Shown: positions 1-14,100 of the stretch, one piece after another
Layout of the letters: each line of letters starts with the position of its first letter
Numbering within the stretch: the stretch's first letter is position 1
Assembly: GCA_905178155.1 (NCBI GenBank)
Contig: CAJINV010000005.1
Span: 6,125,207 to 6,189,206 of the forward strand
Direction: 5' to 3'
DNA length: 64,000 nt
Origin: Amoebophrya sp. A120
Lineage: Eukaryota > Protista > Dinoflagellata
Made by a program: the position numbers and the translations under genes
The notes under the pieces: model-generated
The model's database searches: none
What the model was told of the DNA's origin: nothing
Seen by the model: the letters and a program-made list of their open reading frames with translations, nothing else

Positions 1-61
1 CTTTTTGCTTTTTTGTTGTTGCTGCTGCTGGTGCTGAACCGCATTAGAAATTGCCGCTTTT

Positions 62-232
62 GGCCTGTCGTCGCCGCCTGTCGTTTCGCCTCTCCTTTCG
101 CCTGTCGTTTCGCCTCTCCTTTCGCCTGTCGTTTCGCCTGTCGTTTCGCCTCTCCTTTCGCCTGTCGTTTGGCCTCTCCTTTCGCCTGTCGCCGTCACCT
201 CTCGGCGTCACCTGTCGCCGTCACCTGTCGTC
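62..232. repeat. 12-bp minisatellite (tttcgcctgtcg / tttcgcctctcc)
   Basis: Directly visible tandem array. Confidence 0.9.
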
Positions 233-280
233 TGGGGTATGTGATCACAGAACCCGGAAGTCAAGCAATATAAATATTAA

Positions 281-442
281 TTCTGTGCGATCTCTGTCAT
301 GCTCATCCTGCATGAGAAACTCCCGCCCGACTTGGTCAAAACTGGACGACTTTTGGTACTCATGCAACACAGATTTTTGCATGCTTCACATTTAGCATGA
401 CAAGTTGCATTCTTCCAGACCCAGACATTTTTACATTTGATA
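281..442. mobile_element. Introner family A, right half only
   Basis: Ends ttccagacccagacatttttacatttgata; left half displaced outside the window. Confidence 0.8.
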
Positions 443-1277
443 TTTCAATGCACTCGTCGTCGGGGTATTTCTTCCTTTGTCCAGAGGTAATATTTCCTCG
501 TCTTCATCTTCATTTTGTGCTTCTAGAAGTACACCTTCTTGCACGCTATGGAAGCGTCAGGATTGAAATCGTCAAAGTTGAAATAATTTCTCATGCATAA
601 AATGCAAGGCATAAAGTGCCTCTCTTGCAGGGATAGCAAGTGAAGCCGACTGTCAGCCTGTTTGGGGTCTGCAACAGAGATGCTAAAGCAGCATGACAAA
701 ACACGCCTTCTGTCCCTAAACAGCATGAGAAACTGGATTTAGAAGGTGCCGAAATTTGTCATGCACCGCTTAGAAATTGGGCTTCCAACTGGTATCGATT
801 TTATGCATCACAAGTTATTTCAACTTTGACGATTTCAAACCTGACACATCCATACACGCCGTCAAGATCATAAACATTTCCACTGGCTTTGCCGTGTAGT
901 TCAACATCTGCGAATGTCGATCTGTGTACGCCTTCTAGAAGTGAAGAAAGTGTTGCGCGACGACCACTTCTTTCAGTATCCACACTTACTAGTTCTTCAT
1001 CTACATCTTCCGGTAGTTTGTTTGATGTTTTTGTACCAGCTGGTACAACTGTCGTGGGTGAAACAAGGTTTCGCGTTGTCACCACTTTTTTCCTCTGCTT
1101 GTTCTGTCGGAGCAGGACGACTTTCACGGCGGTGACGGAGGAAATGGAAATAACTGGCGCCTTATTTTGGAACAACAACAGGAGCGACCAAGCAGCGTGG
1201 AACAACAACGCGAGCGGGTTGCTGTAACACGTCGGGATAATTTTTGTTGTTGGTCCTACACAAATAAAGTAATCCAA
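443..1277 (-). CDS. Low-complexity protein, paralog A (partial; start uncertain; continues past the introner ending at 442)
   Basis: ORF 801..1277 splices across introner 547-854 in frame (..YDLDGV|QEGVLLEAQNEDEDEE..SALK); homologous to 3650-3960. Confidence 0.55.
547..854. mobile_element. Introner family D (tatgga..gtcaggattgaaatcgtcaaagttgaaa TIR)
   Basis: TSD cacgc/cacgc. Confidence 0.9.
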
Positions 1278-2751
1278 AAAGACTATTTGTCAGAAGACCG
1301 CTGGTCTGATGTTCCACGATGAAGATCCTTACTGTTTTGGTCCCGTTTGGACGCAAGAAGATGATCAAGATGATGATCAGATGATGATGTACATAGCACC
1401 TGTTTCAGCACAAGATGAAGATGTACTTTCGCAATGCACCGATGCAAGTGCATGAACTCAGTGGATTCATTTGGAACGTTGTACACCTCCACAGGCTTAG
1501 GAGTTGCAGAGCTGAAGGCTCTCAGAACACAAACAACACGCATGCGATCCCGCATGCTATGCACACTACGTATTCGCTTTCCAACCGTAATCACGTCGTG
1601 AGTTCGCACAACACAATGATCATGTCGTATATCCATCGAGGGATTCTGAGTGGCGTTCAGACACTATTTCTATCGCGCTCAAACTAATAAACAATGAATA
1701 GGCAGCACAAATAGGCGGAGCATTTTCACTGGGGGGTAAAGCTAAAGCAAAGGGAGAAGAAAACGAATAATTTTTTTCGCATGTAACTGGTCGTCTGTTG
1801 TGACCAGCACTACTTACAACTCGTGCGTCTGGGGCAGGTGAAACGTAGTTGGTATGCTCATTGGGTATCAAGCAACAGGCGGGTCTGAGAGATGCAATGC
1901 CCTGATCTTGTCGTGATGTCGTGTTTCATAGAGTTAGAGACGATGTTTCAAAAATTTGTAGATACAAAGACGGAATCCAGTTATAACGCAGTAGTTTAGG
2001 CAGGTAAACGAGAACCACACGACTGGTGAACGATTTCATGACCTCCGTTGCAATTATATAGGACGACACGACTAAACTGGACGAAAAAGAGAAACGCAAC
2101 GGTGCACGACGTCAAACGAAGGCAATGTCTACTTCTTAATCTTATCAAAATGCGCAACACGACTGATAGCACAACGATCTTCGGAATTAATATTTGTTTT
2201 TCTCAATAATTCATTCCCCGTGATGAATGAAGAAATAAAATGGGGAATTTTAATGGGTGAAGTTGATGCTTGTCGCGCTCGCGACCCACCTCTACTTCCA
2301 GCGATGAAATGGAAGCAGATGAGAAGTACGACTCGCGAATACCGCTTCTGTCCAACATCTTTTGCAGCTACTTCGATGTGTAGCTTGTTTAGATGAGCTG
2401 CTGTAATCTTCATGTTATCCACGGGACAACTGAAGCAAGCGAGTGATGTAGAAGCTTTCTTCAACATGCAGTGCGAAGTGCAGAAACAGCATCTGAAGCA
2501 ACGGGAGGTCGTGAGAACTACGGCGACCCCAAAAATCTCCTTGCGACAGGCGGCCAGCTGCTCCTCGTTCTCATCGTGTACTAGATCGTGGTGGTAGCTA
2601 TATGCAACTCGAATTCCAGCCCATCAGACGCTGGCTCAAGTAGAAGGAGAAGCAGGAATAAACTACTAGTCGACGGTCGTGCTGACACCACGACCTCCAG
2701 GTAGCACGTTTTATTCGCTGCTTCCGTCCAGAAGCATTAACCTCCATCGCG

Positions 2752-3960
2752 TTAGTACATGATGCAGCTGGATGTCCTCGTCGTCGTGGCGGTGCACAGC
2801 ATGATTGTAAAAACACCGTCGCAGCTCGTGATCACAAGTGTGGATGTTGACCTCGAAGTACTACGCATCACGTTATCACAACGTGTGGTTGTTGTAGTGG
2901 TCGTCGTGCTGGTTGTTGTCGTGGTTGTAGTTGCGGGTACGGCCGTCGAGGAAGATGTTGTAGCTGCGCTTAGTTCATCTGCATTATGGGGTTCTCAAAC
3001 GTTACGTGCTCACGCTCAGCTCTTTATAATGCAAAACTGCCACAAGCAGCCATACAATCAAGGTCTTCTCGCATGGCAAATTCTCGAAGGGCTAAACAGC
3101 ACGGGAACAATCCGTTCCAGATTTGTAGTGCAAAACGCGCAATCTTCCCGCTTTCGCTTTTGCTGTTTTAGCATTACAAATCCATGTAACAGTTGAGAAT
3201 GTAACGTTCGTTGAGAGCGCCATATGCGTCATTGTCTCCGTCTGCCTGTTCCTCCAAGGCGGTCTTTTTGCGCAGCGCGGCAAAATCCACTACAACTGTT
3301 GGGGATGAACTAGTGCCGGCGCCTCTGCCTCCAGTATTATTTTATGAACTGCAAAAGCATCGTACTCGTATAAATGCATTACAAATTTCCTCCGCATGAG
3401 AGAGAAAATCTGTAATGTTGATTTACCTCGAGAAAAAGATTTGTAATGCATGATTGTAATACGAGTACTATACTTTTGCACAGGATATATTTGCACCAGT
3501 AACGTCTCCCGACTCCATAGGCGCGGGTAGGATGGCAGTCGTGACACCATCGGAGGACGGTGGAGGTGGATCTACCGCTGAGTCATCTTCTAGGAGGTGG
3601 CTGTCCTCGTCGGGGCCACATTCTAGTAGAGCGGAGGAGCTGGAAGGTGTACTTGTAGTTTTGAAAGCACTCGTCGTGGTATTTCTTTCTTTGTCCAGAG
3701 GTTCCTCGTCTTCATTTTCATTTTGTGCAGCTTCTAGTACACCTTCTTGCAGCACGCCGTGAAGATCATAAACATTTTCACTGCCCTCGCCGTGTTCAAC
3801 ATGATCTGCGGGTGATCTAGTACTGTGTACGCCTTCTAGAAGTGAAGAAAGTGTTGCGCGACGACCACTTCTTTCTGTATCCGCACCTACTAGAAGTTCT
3901 TCATCTACATGATCTTCCGGTGGTTTGTTTGATAATTTTGCACCAGCTGGTAAAACTGTC
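2752..3960 (-). CDS. Ser/Thr-rich mucin-like protein, paralog B (start uncertain)
   Basis: Frame stays open across introners 3343-3487 and 2985-3224 (..VTGAN|NTGGRG..DNDA|DELSAATTSS..poly-Thr..IMY*); an in-frame TGA near 3972 implies an upstream intron or truncation. Confidence 0.5.
2985..3224. mobile_element. Introner family F (tatggcgttctcaaacgttac TIR)
   Basis: TSD tgcat/tgcgt. Confidence 0.85.
3343..3487. mobile_element. Introner family B (tat.....gcaaaagtatcgtactcgta TIR)
   Basis: TSD tattt/tattt. Confidence 0.9.
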
Positions 3961-5121
3961 GCAGCTCGTGATCACAAGTGATGTGGATGTTGACCTCGAA
4001 GTACTACGCACCACGTTATTTTCACTCCCATGTCCTCGCCCGTGTCCCATCATGTCGCCCGGTCGCGACCGGGCCGGAATTTGATATGCGAAGATGAGAA
4101 TGAGCGTCTAGTTATTTCAACATAGCGCCAACATGATTGACGGCGTTGCTATCTAGTTTGATTTCAAGGAATGATTTTTACGTAAGTAACGCTAGCTACG
4201 TATGAGTCTAGGTTGTAATGATCCAAATCTGATAATCATACTCTGTTGCGACGAGGTTGTTCACCGCGAAGCTTATGCTTCACCTTTCCTGGCTTCTATC
4301 CTGTTCTTGGGTCGTCTTCGTTCTGCCCCAGGCCCAGCAGCGCGACGCCGACGTCCTCGCAGGAAGATCTTCCGCACCACAAAGTCTTCTTGGCAGGACG
4401 AGCAGGAATCAAGAGCCAGCTCCAGCTCCTCGGTTGACAAGTGCGAAGAGAACGGGCTCCAATTTTTCCTGGCTCCTGACGGCGCAGAGGACCTACAACT
4501 CCAACTGCTCGCTGTGACTCTCTAATATTTCACCTCGTGCACAAAGCAAAGCTGCGTGTACAACTAAGTACAGCTGCAACGACCACGATCTCCAACCGTA
4601 CTGCAGGATGTTCTTGAGGAAAAAATGCAGTCTCGAAATAATTGCCGTTTTCCAAATCGTCCGTTCTTGACTGGCTCACTCCCTTCGAGGACGAGTGGCA
4701 GGTCCTGGTTGACGACAAACGGCCGCAAAGTCCTCCTCGCGGTTGTGGTTTTTATCGTGCGATACAGCAGCAGTTGACGAACAAAGTTGTCGAGTGTAAA
4801 GATGGGGAGGTCCTCCGGGTGTCGTCGGTCGTGGGTGTGGAGTAGTAGAGTATGCGTATGGATATGGAAGATTATTGTTACAACTAAGAAATAAGCTTTC
4901 ACCTGATTTCTCTTCCCTAAAGCGCTTAGCAGCTAAGGCCTTTATGAGGATAGTAGTTCATCTTGGCTCAACATTCCGTGAATTTCTTATAAATTTGTTC
5001 CCTTGATGCTCCACCGCTATAATTTTTAGGCGGTCTTTTTCTTAGTGCCACGACGAGGATGAACAGCTATGTGAAGATCTTCTTTTGAAGGCGAACGATA
5101 AAAATTTGATGCTAAGTATAC

Positions 5122-8100
5122 CTGGTTCCGCCGGGTACAGCTGTCGTTTTTGTAGTGCGTTTTGCCATATCCTGTGCAAAAGCATCCTACTCGCACAATA
5201 TTATTGCATTTTACATCAAATTGAAATTTGCTCAACGTGAGGACAAAGTCATGCAGATTTCGCTATAGGAGAATTCTCCCCATGCGGTATTGCAATAATT
5301 GGTACGAGTAGCACACTTTTGCTGTATGCATATCCCAGCTAGAAATCGCGTACCCTGTCTTATCCGTGGGCGCCTTGCAGCCCAAGCGACAGCAATTTCC
5401 GTCTTGCTTACACTGCGTCACGCCATCGGCCCGATTGTTGCACCAATTTATGGAGTCATACGGCGTTTGGGGCGCTGTCCCGGCGTATGCATCGCAAATA
5501 TGTCTGGGTCTGGAAAGTAGATGCAAGGTTTGTCATGCTTGGCTAGCATGACTCTTAAGTCTGTCATGCGCGTGGTGACCGAAGCCCGCCACTTTTCTCT
5601 CATGCAGAAGCTCACTTTGTCATGCAGAATAGACAAGACTGTAGACTGTACCAAAACTTGTCACGCTCAGCAGTCAATTGGGGTTTTCTCCTCTTTCTCA
5701 ACCAGCATCACAAGTTTCCAGACCCAGACACGTTTGCATTTGATACGGCGGCATTGAGGAGCAGCCTATCCTGGAAATAGGCTTTGGAACTGCTGTATGC
5801 AATACAAATTTCCTGTAGACAACGCACAAACTGCATGACAAATTTTAGTACCAAGCTGGACAGCATGCCACTTGTCATGCTGAATAGGATTGGAAGAAAA
5901 GTTTGTCATGCAGAAACCACATTTGTACGTCGTGTGTGGGAATAAATTTACTGTGGATATGCTATCCTTGTACAAACAAGCCACGTGCTTGCACATCGGC
6001 CAACACCAGCGGTTCTCGTAATATTGCCCATCTCCCTTGTCGCTGGTCTCCCACAGGTGCCGCAGACCGGGTTCGTAGGCCTGCTGTCCGTCGTCGGTAG
6101 CGGGCACTATGCGGACGTGGTTCATATTGGCCGTGCAGGAAGCGCTATGAACCGCAAAAGCATAATTGCACTAGGAGTGATTGCAATACAAATTTTTAGC
6201 TCAGCATGACAAATCGAATTTGTCATGCTGATTGAGCTTGGAAAGAAGATTTGTCATGCATAATTTCGACAACTACCACTACGACGAGCACGACACTTTT
6301 ACAATGCATAAGCGCAGCGCTCGGCGTGCGGCGCCGGACAGGAGTGGTCATTCATCTCCGTACCACCCGTGCACTTACACTTCGGCACGCATATCGCAAG
6401 AAAAAACTGTTTCACTGTAAACTTGTAATGCAGAAAAGGTATCCGAGAAATGTTTCTCTTGCTACACATGCATAGAACATTGGATTTTTAGCTGTGTTTT
6501 CCCTTAGCAATCTCGCACGGCAAATTTTCTCTGTGATGTAGAACAAACTTGTGATGCACAACTTGCAAAATCCTTACAGTGAAACACTTTTTTCGTATGA
6601 TAACGCACCCGTCCGGTTCAATCGTGATGCGATTCTCGGGCCCGGTGCACCGGAGCCTGGGGGCGGTCTTCGTGACGAAATCCCCCGCGTTGCACTGAAA
6701 CTTGAAATTTGCAGCGTTGTAGTTCGTCAGATCGGTCGCCGATTTGAAGGCCGCGCCGCTTTCTGGGTACAGGCTAGGGTCCGACAGCAACTCCGTCCAG
6801 TTCGGGTATGAGAGTGCACGACTCCCCCTCCCCCTCATTTGTATTGCATGAAGAGCTGCAATACAAACACCAGCACACGTGGAGCCTGTACATGAAAAAT
6901 TCATGCACCTAGTGCAGTACTGTTTGGGCTTCTGGAATCTTGTCATGCAAACAGTGCCACAGGGAAGCGAAGCGAAGCACTTGGGTTTGGGGTTTTGCAT
7001 GACAAATGAGGGGGAGGGGGTGGAGTTGTGCATTGTCATATCGGGAAAACGTCAAACATAGCTTTCACCCAAAGATGTTCCGGCTCTTGGCAGCTGCGGA
7101 TACAACAGGTACTGACTATGACCTGCTCAAGCGCTACAATCTCAAACGTTACTTACAATAGAGTCGCGGTTTTGTATTGCATGATGAGCATGACAGACTC
7201 GGACAGCATTCCGCTTTCTGCAATACAAATTTCCCCAGATTGTGCTGCGGATTGGGACTCCCGAACTTATCAGCGCAGTCCTATGAGAGTTGGCTAGAAG
7301 ATAATGCACTTTTTGCAACACAAGTTCCAGATTCTATTGTAACGTTTGAGATTGTAAAAACACCTGAGCAGGTTATACTGACGTCCGCAGCATTCTGAAT
7401 GTCGCAGTGGTTCGTTTGACACTGCAGCGCCGAAGTCGGGTTTCGCTTTTGCAGGTACCCTGTTAAGCCACCGTGGCAGTCCAGCGCCGAGGCCGTGCAC
7501 GCCTCTTTCTGAATTGCAAAAATGTCTGGGTCTGGAGGATGAATGCAGATTTTTGTCATCCTGTTTTTGCATGACGCAAAATGTCGGTCATGGAAGCCCT
7601 AGCATCACAGATTTCGAGAAGCTTCCGCATTGCTTAATCCGCATGACAAATCCCCCATTTTGGTGACAGGAAGTGGGCACCTTTTGCTGCCTATGCATGA
7701 GAGATTTGTCTGTGCTGTGAAATGCGCATCACAAGTTCGCATTCTTCCAGACCCAGACACTTTTGCAATGCATACTCTTTACAGCCCTGCAACTTGATCA
7801 AGCCGCCCTCGCTTGGACACTGCATCTGCACCGTGCTCGAGACCCCCTGGGGCTGGTGCGATGTTGCACAGGAAAAAAAGTCATCGCTGACAGTGTGTAT
7901 GGATGTGTCAGGATCGAAATCGGCAAAATCGAAAAATTTGTGATGCGCAAAATGTAGGGCACTGAAGGCCTGTATTGGGGAGCAGGTAAATGAGACCGAT
8001 TGTAGGCCTGTTTAGGGGTATGCAATGTGCTGCCAGAGTAGCATGACAGGAGGAGTCTTCTTTGCCCAAAGAAACAGCATGACAGAATGGATTTCGGTGC

Positions 8101-11100
8101 TTCCGAAGTTTGTCATGCGCCACTTGGAAACTGAGGCTCCAACTGGCATCGATTTTGTGCATCACAAGTTTTTCGATTTTGTCGATTTCGATTCTGACAC
8201 ATCCATAGTGTGCCAGGTGGTCGTACTAGTAGGCCGCCCCCGATCGCCCGAGGCTTGCAGGATGGGCTTCCAAGTCTCGCGGTCTGTCGCAAGAGGCGCT
8301 TTGAATACGTATCCGTACAGCATTTCGGTCTTTGTCGTGCCCTCGGGATACCGGCACACCTGCTGACAGCAGTCGTTGTCGCGACACCCAGTGTCGCTCT
8401 GCGGCACGCGCGTGGTGCAGTAGCCGTTATCGGTCGGGTTTTTCGTTCGCATGTAGAAGGAGGTGGACCCGTGCCCGTCTCCCTGGTAGAACTCATTTTC
8501 GCAGTCGATCGAATCGCAGCTCGCCCAACAGCCGTCATTTATGGAGTTCTCAAATCAGTATACATTCTCAACTGTGTTAAATGCGAGAATGGAAAAAGTG
8601 AAAGGAGGCAGATTTTTGCGCCTTTTGCGTTACAGGCTTGGCGGGACGAATTCTAGTGCTATTTAGCGCATCGAGAAGTTGTCACGCAAAGAAGGCTTGA
8701 GGATCGTGTGAAGAGAGATAGTGTTTTTGCATGACAAACCATGTAACACCTGTCGAGAATGTAAGAACGTTTGAGAACGCCATATCATTTAGCCCGGTTT
8801 TGTACTGTGCGTCCTGTCCCGCCTATCCAAGAAAAAAACATTGTAGCTGTAACTTTTATTTTGGAGAAACAGCATTACAAATTTGTCTGGCATGACAGCA
8901 ATAACCTGTCGCGCGCAGATAGTACGTGAAAACGGCCTAGAATACACCTTGCGATGCATGCCAAGCATGACAGACGCAATCATCTTGCATGTTGCGCATC
9001 ACAAATTTACACTAACAACGTTTTTTTCTTGGACACCGCCCCTGCGCACGTGAGCGACGGATTCGGGCCGCGGTAGTCCGGGGTGTTGCACTGTATTGCG
9101 CTGCTATGAACTGCAAAAGCATCGCACACGCACTAGTATAAGTTGTATCACAAATTGGCTTAGCATTAGTGATAATGCGGATTTGCCTTAACACAAAGAT
9201 TTGTAATGCATATTAAATGCAATTAGTACGAGTACGCTACTTTTGCAGTGCATAGCTGCTCTTTACCCACCCGGGTGAGTGTCCAGGGTCCATGGCCGCG
9301 GATTGTAACGCACTTGACCAATTCACGACGTAGGACGCGTCCGTGCTGCTTGGCTCCTTGCAGCCCGCGTTACAACAGGTGTCGCGGTCCCCGGTCCCGC
9401 CACAAACAGTGCTCGAACACTGGCCGGGGGTGCCGTGCTTCACAAAGTACTTTCCGTGCTGTCCCACCGGAAAGGTCGCGCAGAAAACGCCCGTGCACGT
9501 TTGCGCGCAACAGGTATCGTGGTCGGTCAGGCTCCAGGTGTGGCCACCCGTGGAGAAATACCGGTTGGTTGTAGACGTGATGGGATCGTCGAACCAAGTG
9601 TCGGGACCGGCGAAAAGCGCCACGCCATTCAGTTTGATGCTGCTCAGACACAACCCGTCACTAGTGCTGTGGTCAATGTTTAACGACTGCACAAAGCTAC
9701 CCGCATACCCCATATTCACACTCGCGGTGCGCTCCTGATTTTTGTTGTTGAAGTTCAAATTTACTGAGAAGCCGTTTCCAATTTTGTCCTTAAGTTTGAC
9801 CACCAGATTTGCGCTTGATTATCAAGTGCAAAAATGTCTGGGTCTGGAAGAATCCAACTTGTCATGCTAAATCTGAAGCATGCAAAAATCTGTGTTGCAT
9901 AACGACCAAAAGTGGTCCAGTTTTCACCAAGTCGGGAGGGGGTTTCTCATGCAGAATAGGCATGAGAGAGATCGCACAGCACCTGTCATGCTAGGTCGTG
10001 CATTCCAGACCTCGTGGGCCATGGAAAAGCTGCATGACAAATCGCGCATTCTTCCAGACCCAGACATTTTTACATTCCATATTGATTGCGCGTTGTTGAT
10101 GTTGCAGGATTTTGCTGCGACGGAGAGGTTATCAAATGCAAAAGTGTCTGGTTCTGGAAGAATGCAAGCTTTCCCATGCATATTTCTCATGACCCATGAT
10201 GCCTGTAATGCATGACCCAGCATCGCAGACTTTTAGAGGGCTTCCTGATGCACCTTCCGCATGACAAATGCCCTGTCAGTCCGTGTAGCACAAATTGTGC
10301 CCCTCTTGTTGCTGGTCACGCAATACAGATTTTTGTAGCATCCAAATTCAGCAGCACAAGTTGCACCCTTCCAGACCCAGACATTTTTGCATTTGATAGA
10401 GGTTAGGACCTTCGAAGATTCTACAGTCCGCGGTCGCGCAGAGGAGGTGTGACCGTGACGGTTTATGAATATGTGCAAAAGCATTGTATCGTACTAGTAG
10501 TGCAAAAATCGCAATACAAATTACGTAGCCCCCCAGCATGAATTTGTCATGCTACTTTGACTTGGAAACAAGACGACTTGTCTTGCATGACTGCGATTAC
10601 AACTACGAGTGCGATACTTTTGCACGGGATACGCTTTCGGCGTGTACGACTGCCCGCAGTTGGTATCAAATGTAAAAATGTCTGGGTCTGGAAACTTGTG
10701 ATGCTGGGTGGCGTCTCATGATGAGGCTACAAATGCTGGCTCAGCATGACAAGTTTCTGAGTTCCTAGGTGTTGCCTATTCTGCATGACAAACTGCGCTT
10801 CTGCATCACAGAAAAACGCAGTTCTTGGGTAACGTGCATGACAGATTTAAGAGTCATGCCAGACAAGCATGACAAACATGAATTCTTCCAGACCCAGACA
10901 TTTCTACAGTTGATAGTTGGTCACCGCGTCGCAACTCTGCCGACAGCACTGGTCCACGTCGCGGACACGTTCCGAGGTTGAAACATAGTACTTCATCGGC
11001 GTGCAGAGATTGTCACTACAAAGCAAGTTCTGCAGGGCGGGATCTCCAATCGGTTTCACGCGACTAAACATGGGAAGCAGCACGCAACTGTGATAGTCGT

Positions 11101-14100
11101 CCGTGCGTTTCATGTAGTCAGAGTGAAACCAGTCCTCGATGGTGCCCACGTTGTTTAGCGCCTTGCATTCCGGCGGGTCGGTTTGCGCAATCTGTTTGGT
11201 ACTCTTGGTCAAGCGACAAGACGCACCCCGCCGTCCGGTGGGGGAGTTGCATTTGCTGCAATACCCGCTTTCGTTGCAGGTGCTCCAACTTTCCATCGGC
11301 CTCGTTCCACAGCCCGAGCACACAGGGGTCTCGATTGGCGCATAATCGTCGGAGCACATTTGTTTCGCGGTGGGGTGCCGGCACGTCATTCTACAGCACC
11401 TCTGCTCGTCGGCTGCTTGTGCGGCGCTGGCGGTCAACGTTTATCAACTGTAAAAATGTCTGGGTCTGGAAGCACAAGAATGCAAGATTTGTCATGCATA
11501 TTTCTCATGACCCATGATGTCTGTAATGCATGGCCTAGCATGACAGATTCTGTGCGATCTCTCTCATGCCTACCCTGCATAGGAGACTCCCTCCCGACTT
11601 GGCCAAAACTGGACGACTTTTTGCAATCATGCAACACAGATTTTTGCATGCTTCAGATTTAGCATGTCATTCTTCCAGACCCAGATGACATTTTTACGTT
11701 TGATAACGTTCCCGCTTCGGCAAAGCCGCCGACCCGGCACTTGTGCCGCGAGCAGTACTGGTTTGGAATGACAGCAAATATCCTATGTAAAAACGTCCCC
11801 ACCCCATCGTCTAGACAAATCCACAAGCTTTGGCTGTTTCGCATGACAAATTTGGACGCGTAGTGTAGTGCTGTTTCAGCTAGTTCAGCAGCATTACAGA
11901 TCTTATTCTCTCATGCTGATTGGAGCATGACAAATTTCAAAACAGCATTAGAAAATGCTTCTCATGGGGCCCCGCATGAGAAACATTTTAAGCATGCAGA
12001 TTTGCATGACAACTATGGTGTGGGGACGTTTTTACACAGGATAGCAAACCCCCCTGCTTCAAGAGGGCACGCGTTTGCCAGCGTGCATTTCTCATGACAG
12101 TGGAACAGCGCAACTTTCCCCTCCTTGCTTGCGCACTGCCCCGAAGGGCTCTTCCCAGGCGGCAAGGTGTGCGTGGAGGAGACACAGGATACATAAGTTG
12201 CCACCGACTTCCAGTTGCCGTCCGGGGGGATATCATATGCAAAAATGTCTGGGTCTGGGAGATTGCGAGATTTGTCATGCTAGTCTGGCATGACTTTTAG
12301 ATCTGTCATGGACGCTTCCAAAGAGCCCCATTTTGCTGTCATGCAGAAACGCAGTTTGCCGTGCAGAATAAGCAACACCTGTAAGCTCAAAAGCGTGTCA
12401 TGCTGAGCCAGCATCTGTGGCCTCTTCATGATACGCCACCCAGCATCACAAGTGTCCAGACCCAGACACTTTTACAATCCATAGGGGAGAGCCAGCGCTA
12501 ATTTCTTCCAATTTTGCCCGGCGTTCAGTTGGTACCCATGTTTATCTCCCTGGGCAACTTCGCAGCCTTTCTCGCAGCAGGTGTTGAGGTCGCTGTTGCC
12601 GCAACTGTACAATCCTGTGCAAAAGTATCGTACTCGTATTGCAATCATGCGTCTTTATCTCAAGGTAAATCCGCATTACAAATTTTACTTCTCATGCTGA
12701 GGAAATTTGTAATGCATTTATACGAGTACGATACTTTTGCAGTTCATATGTACCCACCGCACTTGGGGGAGCCAGACTTGACAAAGTACGCGCCATCCGC
12801 GCCTATCAAATGCAAAAGTGTCTGGGTCTGGAAACTTGTGATGCTGGGTGGCGTCTCATGATGAGGCTACAAATGCTGGCTCAGCATGACAAGTTTCGGA
12901 GCTCCTATGTGTTGCCCATTCTGCATGACAAACTGCACTTCTGCATCACAGGAAAACGGAGCTCTTGGGTAACGTGCAGGTGCATGACAGATTTAAGAGT
13001 CATGCCAGACAAGCATGACAAACGTGAATTCTTCCAGACCCAGACATTTTTACATTTGATAGCGCCCCACGTGTAGCCATTGCAGAACGCTTGGTCACAG
13101 CGCTTCACTATGCATTGCAAATATCGATCTGGGTCTGGAAGACTGCCAGGTTTGTGATGCTTATTCTGCATCACGACCCACGGAGCCTGTAATGCATGAC
13201 CTAGCATCACAGATTTTTAGAGGGCTTCCTGATGGTTATTCCGCATGAGAAATGCCTTCTCCACGGGACGTAGCACAAACTGGACTCATCTTGCTGGTCA
13301 TGAGGCAATACAGATCTTCATCTTTTTACAAGGCAAAGACAGCATCACAAGTTGGATCCTTCCAGACGCCCAGGGTGGATATTTGCAGTTGATATTCACA
13401 CAGCACCGCTGGTTGTCGCTGCTGGAACAGCTCTTACTGAGGCACGAGATGTCCGAGGCGCTGGGACTGCGCGCGTAGCCCGCGGGGCAGCTGTGGTCGT
13501 CGCACATCTCGTTTTCCACGCAGCAAATGGCGCGGTCGTTCTCGTTGCACGTTGCCCCCTGGCAGTAATGTGGCGCTCTCAACTGTTACATTCTCATCTG
13601 TTACATCATTTGTGATGCAACAATGGGAAGAATGAAAGGGCGGGCCTTGCGCGTCTTGCATGACAGATTTGGCACAGACTATCAGCCTGTTTGGCCTTTC
13701 CAGAATTTGTCATGCGGAGCAGCTTAATGGTGTAGATGATAATGGTACTTTTGCATGACAAATCATGCAACAGTTGAGAATGAATGTAACAGTTGAGAAC
13801 GCCATAAGTAAGAGTTACCGTTCTGGTTTGTGTACTTCTTGCCGTTTTTGTCGCCGCACCCAAAGGTCTTGCATTGTGCGTTTCGGTTGCAACACAAGGC
13901 GAGGTCTCTGGAATCGCTGCACGCGTTCGCCCAGCAGCGATAATTGGCCCGCGCGGCGTCGTAATGCCATCCGGCGCTGTCACATCGGCCGTGGTCACTG
14001 TTGCCCTGAGAGCATTTCGGAGTATGTTGGCAACACCTCTCTTTGTCGCTGCTGTGATCACAGTAGTGATTCGTGCAGAGGGTCTTCGCTATGAACTGCA

